A stretch of DNA of 64,000 bases from Verrucomicrobiota bacterium (GTDB taxonomy: Bacteria > Verrucomicrobiota > Kiritimatiellia > CAIQIC01 > Lenti-01), in assembly GCA_031262805.1 (NCBI GenBank), contig JAISGX010000036.1, positions 22,257-86,256 of the forward strand, written 5' to 3'. The notes under the pieces are model-generated. The model made no database searches. It was not told the origin of the DNA and saw only the letters and a program-made list of their open reading frames with translations. A program made the translations under genes and the position numbers. This document shows, in pieces, positions 57,185 to 64,000 of this stretch. Numbering within the stretch: position 1 is the stretch's first letter; the number at the start of each line of letters is the position of its first letter.

Positions 57185-57745
57185 ATGGCACATCGTTGGA
57201 TGACAATTTTGATGGTCCTGCTCGCGTTGGCATTGTTGGCGGGCACGGGGTGTGTGAAAAAGCAGTCGCCCAAAACCACCGTCGGCTTCGGGGAAACGGG
57301 CTTTGGAGAGACGGATCCGTTGATCATCGGATACGATGAGTTCGGCAATGCCATTTATGCCGACGGCACGGACAGCATGGTCCGCACGGATGGCTCCGAA
57401 ATCAGCGCCGGACAATTCGATGCCGTGTATTTTGAATTCGACAGCCCACAGCTCAATCCGTCCGAACAGGGCAAAATTGATGCCATTGTTTCCTACCTCC
57501 ACCAAAACCCCACCTTGGGCGTGATTGTGGAAGGCCATTGCGACGAACGCGGCAGCAACGAATACAATTTGGCACTGGGCGAACGCCGGGCCTTGGCGGT
57601 CCGGGCCTCCATGATTTCTCGCGGCGTCGATGGCGCCCGCGTACAGACCCGTAGCTATGGCGAGGAACGCCCGGTGGCGTTCGGCCATGATGAAGCGTCC
57701 TGGCGCCTGAACCGCCGGGCGGAATTCGTTCTGACCCAGATGTAA
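57185..57745 (+). CDS. pal: Peptidoglycan-associated lipoprotein (OmpA-family)
   Basis: Lipobox LLAGTGC. OmpA-like domain FDSPQL...EGHCDERGSNEYNLALGERRA...NRRAEF. Confidence 0.85.
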   Translation: MAHRWMTILMVLLALALLAGTGCVKKQSPKTTVGFGETGFGETDPLIIGYDEFGNAIYADGTDSMVRTDGSEISAGQFDAVYFEFDSPQLNPSEQGKIDAIVSYLHQNPTLGVIVEGHCDERGSNEYNLALGERRALAVRASMISRGVDGARVQTRSYGEERPVAFGHDEASWRLNRRAEFVLTQM

Positions 57746-57760
57746 TGCCTTCTATCGGAT

Positions 57761-57789
57761 GCCCGCCTTCCCGGCGGGCATTTTTTTTG
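57761..57789 (+). terminator. Rho-independent terminator after pal
   Basis: GCCCGCC-TTCC-GGCGGGC followed by ATTTTTTTT. Confidence 0.8.
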
Positions 57790-57799
57790 CCCTGGTTTT

Positions 57800-58708
57800 C
57801 TACTCCGCCGACAGGGCATCCAACTGGGCGGCCCATTTTTTCTGCAACGGCTTGTCGGCATAGCGCCGCCAGGCAGATTTGAATTTCCGGATTTGCTCCC
57901 GGCGGTGCTTGTGCAACACCTTCCGCACTGCAGCGCGTGTTTTCCCGGATGGAATATGGCGGGTTAATTCCAACGCACTGTCATCATCATGCACCTTGCC
58001 CAATGCTGCCTGGGCTTTGGTGATCCAATGGCCCGCACGAACATATTCCGCGCTGATGTCTTGCGCAAAAAACTCGGCCAGATAACGCAGGCGGCGGCCG
58101 GCACGTCGTAAATCATGGGCGGGGCCTTTGGAAAAATGCCCCACCTGACGATAGCGGGAGGCGATGAGCTTGCGCACCACCAGCGTGCGGCGGGCAACGA
58201 GTTGCATGGCGGACGGTCTCTTTTTTTTTCGAACGGGAGGATCGTCAGCCAGATAACCCGCCAGCTTTTGTTTAACCTTCCGGTACTCATCGGCTTCGAC
58301 GGCTGCATGAGCCAGCCGGGCCCGGTCCAACCGGAAAAACGCCAGAATACTCTTTTGTTCCTTTGGGGAAATGCCATCCAATTCGCCATCCTGAATCAGG
58401 CTACGAAAAAGATCCATCCAGACATCCAGATCGCGGGCCGCCCCCAGCGCATCACAGACTTTGGCGATCTGTCTATCCAGCCGCTTCAGAAAAACCGGAT
58501 CCAATTCGCCAAAGGTGACGGCCAGCGTCCGCATGCGGCGAAAAGCAATCCGGATGTCATGTAAGCCCTTCGCCGAACTCTTCTGGGTTCTTTCCTCATT
58601 TTTCAAAACCACATCAACCTGCTCCCGCAGGAGACGCCGGAACATTCCATCGGCCGTTTCCGGAGTCGGCAGGCCGTGCGGGCGCTGTTTTTTGTTCCGC
58701 AGCGACAT
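57800..58708 (-). CDS. CHAD-domain protein
   Basis: Conserved-histidine alpha-helical pattern (LHDIRIAFRRMRTL, AHDLRRAGRRLRYL). Start at MSLRNKK (58708), to avoid overlapping ppk1. Confidence 0.7.
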   Translation of the reverse strand: MSLRNKKQRPHGLPTPETADGMFRRLLREQVDVVLKNEERTQKSSAKGLHDIRIAFRRMRTLAVTFGELDPVFLKRLDRQIAKVCDALGAARDLDVWMDLFRSLIQDGELDGISPKEQKSILAFFRLDRARLAHAAVEADEYRKVKQKLAGYLADDPPVRKKKRPSAMQLVARRTLVVRKLIASRYRQVGHFSKGPAHDLRRAGRRLRYLAEFFAQDISAEYVRAGHWITKAQAALGKVHDDDSALELTRHIPSGKTRAAVRKVLHKHRREQIRKFKSAWRRYADKPLQKKWAAQLDALSAE

Positions 58709-58709
58709 C

Positions 58710-60851
58710 TCAGGCGCCGGAGGCTGAAGCATCTGCGGGACGCTGGGGTTCAAACACAGGGGTCTGATGTGCCGCCGCTACGGCTCGTTCCTCCGCCCAC
58801 TCGTGGAATTCCTTCTGGCAGCGCAGAGGCGGATGCCGGGAGTCCGCATGCCGCCGCTCATACGTTCCATCCGCCTTCAACTGCCAGGATTGTTGATTGT
58901 CGGCAAAGCACAGCATCAGAATTCGAGCCAGTTTTTCCGCCCCTTCCGAATCTTCCACCGGCACCATTAATTCAATCCGACGGTCCAAATTACGGGGCAT
59001 CCAATCCGCACTGGCCAGATAGGTTCGCGAGTGCCCTCCATTATAAAACCGAAAGATTCGGGCATGCTCCAAATAGCGGTCCACAATGCTGACCACCCGA
59101 ATGTTGTCGCTGAGGCCTTTGAGGCCAGGCCGGAGACAACAGATGCCTCTGACATTCAGCCGAATTTTCACGCCGGCTTTGGAGGCCCGGTAGAGCGCAT
59201 GGATCAATTCGGGATCGGTCAACGAATTCATTTTGGCATCCAATCCGGCCGCCTCCCCCTGACGGCTGTGTTCGATTTCCGCCTCGATCAGCTCCAGCAG
59301 ACGGGAACGGATGCCTTGGGGGGCCATGACGATTTTATGAAAGCCGGTCAGCTGCGAATATCCCGTGATGGTGTTGAAAAAGGCCGAGGCATCCGCCCCA
59401 TAGTCCTCCTCGCGCGTCATAAAACTGATGTCGGAATAAATTCGTGCGCTTTTTTCGTTATAGTTCCCCGTTCCATAATGGAGATAGCGCACCACCCCCG
59501 CCGGTTCCCGCCGTACAACGGCACAGACCTTGGCGTGGGTCTTGAATCCCTTCACGCCATAAATGACCTGGGCGCCTGCTCGTGCCAATGCATCCGCCCA
59601 ATCCATGTTCCGGGCCTCATCAAACCGGGCTTTCAGTTCAATCAAGGCCGTGATGTGCTTTCCGCCCTTCGCGGCGCGCATCAGCGCATTCACGATGGGG
59701 CTGTTGTCGCTCACCCGGTACAAGACTTGTTTGATCGCCAGCACATTAGGATCTTCGGCCGCCTCCTGCAGCAGCCTCACCACCGGATCATAGCTTTCAT
59801 ATGGGTGGAACAGCAGGAGGTTGCCGCGCTTGAGCACTTCAAACATGGATTCAGCCACCGGCGCCTCGGGAACGGGCTGCGGAGTCCAGGGTTTGATCTT
59901 CAACGCGTCGTAACCCGCCAGATTCGCCAGGCGGAAAAAGGAGGAAAGCGCCAGCGGCCCCGCAGCGGCATATATATCCTGGGGCTCCACCTCAAAGGTT
60001 TCCTGCAGAAAGGCTAGGGCCTCCCTGGATGCCCGCTTTTCAATTTCCAGCCGGACACAATCGCTTTCTGCCCGTTCCGTCAACACTTCACGCATTTGGG
60101 CAAGCAAATCTCCGGCCAGATCTTCCCGCACGCTCATATCCGCATTCCGCGTAATCCGGAAAGCCGTGGATTCCAACACAGCAACGCCGGGAAACAACCG
60201 GTCGATATAGACGCCCAGCACATCTTCCAGCAGCACATAGGAAAAGCCGCTCTCCTCCGGCACGGTAAGAAAGCGGGCCAAGCTCTGGGGCACCGCCACA
60301 AAAGCATGGCGCACCGGCATTCCGGCGCTCCCTCCGGCCAGCCGCACGTATAAGGACAGCCCCAAACCGGGCAAGCGCGGCAATTCCCGGCCCTCTTCCA
60401 CGGCCATGGGCGTGACCGTTGGATAAATGAAATCCTCAAACTGGGCTTCCACATGGCGACGCTGCGCCGGATTGAGTTCGGCCATGCCCAAGCGCCGGAT
60501 TCCACCCTTCCGCAGCTGGGGTTCCAGCTGTTTCAATACGCAGGCATATTGCCGATCCATCAGGTGGTGCATCCGGGAGGAAATGACCTGTAGCTGTTCC
60601 GATGGCGTCAATCCGGCCGGATCCGGCTGTTCGGCGCCCTGGTGCTGCAGGCTTTTCAGCCCACCCACCCGGACCATGAAGAACTCATCGGCATTGGACG
60701 CCGTAATGGTGGCAAACCGCAACCGCTCCAATGGGGGAAGGGAAACATCTTCGGCTTGCGCCAAGACCCGGAAATTGAACTCAATCCAGCTCAATTCCCG
60801 ATTCAAAAACAACATTTTTTTGCCCGCACCCGCACGGTGTTCCTTTTCCAT
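58710..60851 (-). CDS. ppk1: Polyphosphate kinase 1
   Basis: LFLNRELSWIEFNFRVL N-domain, PLD-like catalytic domains HAKVCAV / HSRTYLASADWMPRNLDRRIE. Start at MEKEH (60851). Confidence 0.9.
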   Translation of the reverse strand: MEKEHRAGAGKKMLFLNRELSWIEFNFRVLAQAEDVSLPPLERLRFATITASNADEFFMVRVGGLKSLQHQGAEQPDPAGLTPSEQLQVISSRMHHLMDRQYACVLKQLEPQLRKGGIRRLGMAELNPAQRRHVEAQFEDFIYPTVTPMAVEEGRELPRLPGLGLSLYVRLAGGSAGMPVRHAFVAVPQSLARFLTVPEESGFSYVLLEDVLGVYIDRLFPGVAVLESTAFRITRNADMSVREDLAGDLLAQMREVLTERAESDCVRLEIEKRASREALAFLQETFEVEPQDIYAAAGPLALSSFFRLANLAGYDALKIKPWTPQPVPEAPVAESMFEVLKRGNLLLFHPYESYDPVVRLLQEAAEDPNVLAIKQVLYRVSDNSPIVNALMRAAKGGKHITALIELKARFDEARNMDWADALARAGAQVIYGVKGFKTHAKVCAVVRREPAGVVRYLHYGTGNYNEKSARIYSDISFMTREEDYGADASAFFNTITGYSQLTGFHKIVMAPQGIRSRLLELIEAEIEHSRQGEAAGLDAKMNSLTDPELIHALYRASKAGVKIRLNVRGICCLRPGLKGLSDNIRVVSIVDRYLEHARIFRFYNGGHSRTYLASADWMPRNLDRRIELMVPVEDSEGAEKLARILMLCFADNQQSWQLKADGTYERRHADSRHPPLRCQKEFHEWAEERAVAAAHQTPVFEPQRPADASASGA

Positions 60852-60864
60852 TCCTATGCCTCGC

Positions 60865-62493
60865 TCATCCCATTGCATTTCGTTCCGACGGCAGGGCGCG
60901 AGCTTCACGTAGCTCCGGAACCATGCCGAACACATCCGCAAATAAATTGCCCCGTTCTCGCAATACCAAACGCTCCATGGTCAGATCATCCACGCCATGC
61001 ATCAAAATGACAAACCGGTTGGCTTCGCGGCGGAATTCCAGTTCCGGCGGCACATCACGATGCGTCCGCGACAACGCATCCGCCACCCGCAACAGCGCGG
61101 CCTGCTTCACCACCGTCATCCGGTCTTCCAACGGGAGCAGGGCGAATTCGGGGTGCGAGGGGTTGGGAACGGCCTTGCGATGATAACGCGACACAATCGC
61201 GACAATCCGCATGTCATGGCGGGTCAAGCCGAACAGATCGCTGTTTTGGATCAAATACATGGAATGCTTGTGGTGGGCACGATTGGATAAAAACATTCCT
61301 ACATCATGCAGCATGGCGGCGCAGCGCAGCAAGAGGCGGTCGTGGCTTTTCAGCATATGGTCGCTTTGAAGCACATCAAACAAGGCGGCGGCGGCGGACT
61401 CCACATTTCGGCTGTGGTTTTCGTCCACATCAAATTTGACCGCCATGTTCCGGGCGGAATACAACACCTGTTCTTCAAACCCTTCCGAGCGGTAATCCCG
61501 CATGGCCATCTCCCGGAGAAGGCCGTCACGCAGGGTGGCCCGGACAATATGAAGCTCCTTCACTTTGAAGGCCCGGGCGGCATGCGCCATCGTCATGATG
61601 GCCGGAGCCACCGTGGCGGCATCCTGATGGGTCATATGATGGGTTTTGGCCAATTGATCGGTGGCCGTTATGGCCACCCGTTCGGCCAGCTCCACCATGC
61701 GGGGAGTGGCAACGGTTGTGACGCGCCGGTCCCCTCCCCGAACCGCATCCACCGCCTGCTCCGCGGCGAAGCGGGCTCCGGCGCCCATGACGACAAACGC
61801 GGTGAAGCGTTCACTCGGAACAGATTGCCGCATCTGGTCGATGAGCTCGGCGGCATATGCCTTTAAAATCTTCCTAGCCTGCGGCCCTTCTCTTCCACTG
61901 GCTTCCAGTTGTTCATGCGTCCGCAGGGCCCCGGAACGAAACGCCTGTGCCACCATGACCTTTCCATTCCGAATGTAGAGCAAAATCGTCTGCCCGCCGC
62001 CAATTTCCATCACCGCCACATTTTTGGCATTCAGCAGGCCGTTGGCTTCCAAAATGTCGCGGACGGCCAGATAGGTCAGGCGGGCCTCTTCCGATTCCTC
62101 CAGCACGCGGACCATCATGCCGGTGGCCGTGCTGATTCGATCCACGAACATGTCCCGATTGGGCGCCTCCCGGGCAAAGCTGGTCGCCACGGCCCGGATT
62201 TGATCGGGCCGGGTCACCCCATATTCCTTCAACAACCGGTCGTAGTTCTTCAACACGGAAATGCTCCGCCGCAACGTATCCTGCTGGATCCGCCCCTTGG
62301 TGAACACATCTCGGCCCAGCTGCACCCCATGGCGGAGGCTTTCCAGAATCCGCACATCCCCTTGGGCGCCAACTTCCCCGATATCCAGCCGAATGGCGGA
62401 AGACCCAATATCAATGGCGGCAATCACCCGGCCCGCTCCATCCGCGCCAGAAGCGCCAGAGACCTCCCCCTCTTTTGGTTCCATCGTGCTCAT
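60865..62493 (-). CDS. ppx: Ppx/GppA-family exopolyphosphatase with C-terminal HD domain
   Basis: AAIDIGSSAIRL actin-like ATPase fold, E..ARLTYLAV, C-terminal HD region (LHDVGMFLS...H). Start at MSTME (62493). Confidence 0.85.
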   Translation of the reverse strand: MSTMEPKEGEVSGASGADGAGRVIAAIDIGSSAIRLDIGEVGAQGDVRILESLRHGVQLGRDVFTKGRIQQDTLRRSISVLKNYDRLLKEYGVTRPDQIRAVATSFAREAPNRDMFVDRISTATGMMVRVLEESEEARLTYLAVRDILEANGLLNAKNVAVMEIGGGQTILLYIRNGKVMVAQAFRSGALRTHEQLEASGREGPQARKILKAYAAELIDQMRQSVPSERFTAFVVMGAGARFAAEQAVDAVRGGDRRVTTVATPRMVELAERVAITATDQLAKTHHMTHQDAATVAPAIMTMAHAARAFKVKELHIVRATLRDGLLREMAMRDYRSEGFEEQVLYSARNMAVKFDVDENHSRNVESAAAALFDVLQSDHMLKSHDRLLLRCAAMLHDVGMFLSNRAHHKHSMYLIQNSDLFGLTRHDMRIVAIVSRYHRKAVPNPSHPEFALLPLEDRMTVVKQAALLRVADALSRTHRDVPPELEFRREANRFVILMHGVDDLTMERLVLRERGNLFADVFGMVPELREARALPSERNAMG

Positions 62494-62506
62494 GCCGAAG
62501 CCCTCA

Positions 62507-63484
62507 TCAGCCCAGTTCCGCTGCAGCCCAGGCGGCAGCCCCTTGGACGGACGCATCATCCCCCAGTTCCGCCACCTTGATTTTCAGGGGTTGAACCATG
62601 GAGGCCATCCCGCCCTCCTTCATGCCCTGCTTCACTTCCTCCAGAATCAAATCCGGCATGGCCTCCACCAAGCCGCCGCCCAGCACCACCACATCGGGGG
62701 CCAGTAAATTGACAACCCCGCCGATTCCCCGGCCCATTAGTTTCATGGCATTGCGGACAATCCGTTCCACAGAGGCATCCCCGGCCTTGATGGATTTGGC
62801 CAGCAGTCCACTTTTGATTTTTTTCAGATCAGTTCCCGCATTCTCCGCCACATAGGGAGCTTCTCCCCGGAAGGTGGCCTGCGCCACTTCGGCCGAGATG
62901 GCCAGGCGGCCGGCCTCCGCCTCCAGGCAACCCCGGTTGCCGCACCCGCATAGCCGCCCGTTTTCGCGCACGGGGATATGCCCGATTTCCATGGCAGAAC
63001 CCGACTTGCCGCGGATGAGCTTGCCTTCATAGACGCATCCGCCGCCGATGCCGGTGCCGGGGAACACGCCCAGTAGCGTTCGGGCGCCTTTGCCCGCCCC
63101 GAACATGAATTCGCCATAGGTTCCGGCATCCACGTCATTCAACAAAACCACGTCGCTAGCGAACCATTCCTTGAGAAGGGACTGCAGAGGGACCTTTTTC
63201 CATCCGAGGTTGGGCGCCTCCAAAATCACGCCCTTGTCCAAATCCAGCACGCCGGGACACCCCGCACCAATGCCGCGGACGTTCGCGGGCTCCACCCCGG
63301 CCGCCGCCAGAGCCGCAGAAAGGGTTTCCTGGATGCGCGCCAAAATGGCTTTGGGTCCGTCCCGCATCGGTGTTTTGTTTTTCACCGAGGCCAGAACCTT
63401 GAAGGAGGAATCGTAGACCACCGCCACCATTTTGGTTCCCCCCAGATCAAACCCCACCCAATTTTTCGTTTTTGCTTTGGTCAT
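62507..63484 (-). CDS. ROK-family glucokinase
   Basis: VGFDLGGTKM ATP-binding, CGCGNRGCLE zinc motif. Start at MTKAK (63484). Confidence 0.8.
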   Translation of the reverse strand: MTKAKTKNWVGFDLGGTKMVAVVYDSSFKVLASVKNKTPMRDGPKAILARIQETLSAALAAAGVEPANVRGIGAGCPGVLDLDKGVILEAPNLGWKKVPLQSLLKEWFASDVVLLNDVDAGTYGEFMFGAGKGARTLLGVFPGTGIGGGCVYEGKLIRGKSGSAMEIGHIPVRENGRLCGCGNRGCLEAEAGRLAISAEVAQATFRGEAPYVAENAGTDLKKIKSGLLAKSIKAGDASVERIVRNAMKLMGRGIGGVVNLLAPDVVVLGGGLVEAMPDLILEEVKQGMKEGGMASMVQPLKIKVAELGDDASVQGAAAWAAAELG

Positions 63485-63548
63485 GCCCGCTCCTTGTGCT
63501 CCGGTTTGATGCGGGAAAGGACGGCTTGCGCCGTCCTTTCCGTTTTCG

Positions 63549-64000
63549 TTATTCCGCCCGCTCGATGGAAATGATTTCCACGGTTTCCAGCGGCACATCC
63601 TGCATGCCGGCCTTGAAGCCCGTGCGGACACCCTTGATTTTGTCCACCACATCCATGCCTTCCACCACCTCGCCAAAAACGGCATAGCCGAAGCCCTGCG
63701 GATCGGGAGAGCGGAAATCTAGGAAACCGTTGTCCTTGACGTTGATGAAGAACTGGCTTGTCGCGCTGTCCACCACCATGGTCCGCGCCATCGCCAGCGT
63801 GCCGCGCTTGTTCCGCAAACCGTTCGCCGCCTCGTTCTTGATGGGCGCCTTGGTCGTTTTTTGCCGCATTTCCTTGTCAAAACCGCCGCCTTGGATCATG
63901 AACCCGTCGATCACGCGGTGAAAAACGGTTCCGTTGTAATGCCCAGCGTCCACATAGGAGAGGAAATTCGCAACGGACAGCGGCGCTTTGTCTTCCGCCA
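63549..64000 (-). CDS. ppiB: Cyclophilin-type peptidyl-prolyl cis-trans isomerase; N-terminus beyond the window end
   Basis: [19 protein letters not shown]...GTLAMAR...QFFIN...[16 protein letters not shown]. The ORF runs off the 3' end of the window on the minus strand. Confidence 0.85.
   Translation of the reverse strand, partial: AEDKAPLSVANFLSYVDAGHYNGTVFHRVIDGFMIQGGGFDKEMRQKTTKAPIKNEAANGLRNKRGTLAMARTMVVDSATSQFFINVKDNGFLDFRSPDPQGFGYAVFGEVVEGMDVVDKIKGVRTGFKAGMQDVPLETVEIISIERAE

Noticed and set aside
1-64000. CRISPR arrays, transposases/IS elements, integrases, rRNA genes
   Set aside because: I saw no short direct-repeat/spacer periodicity, no DDE/serine/tyrosine recombinase-like ORFs and no rRNA-like conserved stretches on reading the sequence. 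Neither low-GC island encodes a recombinase.

Overview
This is a 64 kb window of high-GC (~60%) bacterial chromosome. The DUF1559-type prepilin gene and the overall gene content suggest a PVC-superphylum organism such as Verrucomicrobiota or Kiritimatiellota. That placement is inference only.

Most of the window is core housekeeping on both strands:
- nusA-infB-rbfA-truB, murA and glmS.
- tig-clpP-clpX with a 5'-nucleotidase.
- ruvA, HU, GTP-PEPCK, fmt, parE, tolB-pal and a polyphosphate module (CHAD-ppk1-ppx).
- An NfnAB/SudAB-like oxidoreductase pair, an RND efflux operon, three glycosyltransferases, and three tRNAs (Val-CAC, Phe-GAA, Lys-TTT).

Two compact low-GC islands interrupt this background. 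Island 1 (~1843-5110) lies next to tRNA-Val and carries an AT-rich orphan 329-aa ORF plus a creD homologue. Island 2 (~53896-55820) lies between parE and tolB and carries a degraded dcm-like cytosine-5 methyltransferase gene, an intact HNH_2-type endonuclease gene and a 111-aa orphan.

Both islands are bounded by copies of a ~93-bp structured repeat (5111-5203, 53803-53895, and a truncated copy at 55821-55848). I take this repeat architecture and the degraded-MTase / intact-nuclease module to be the most interesting signals in the window.

Other notable items:
- A ~1387-aa secreted caspase-domain protein with many FN3/Ig-like repeats.
- An AbiEi-like wHTH protein next to a membrane-anchored STN-domain subtilase.
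- A wrbA-like gene broken by two frameshifts.
- A predicted attenuator hairpin in the nusA leader, and several clean bidirectional rho-independent terminators.

I saw no CRISPR array, integrase or transposase.
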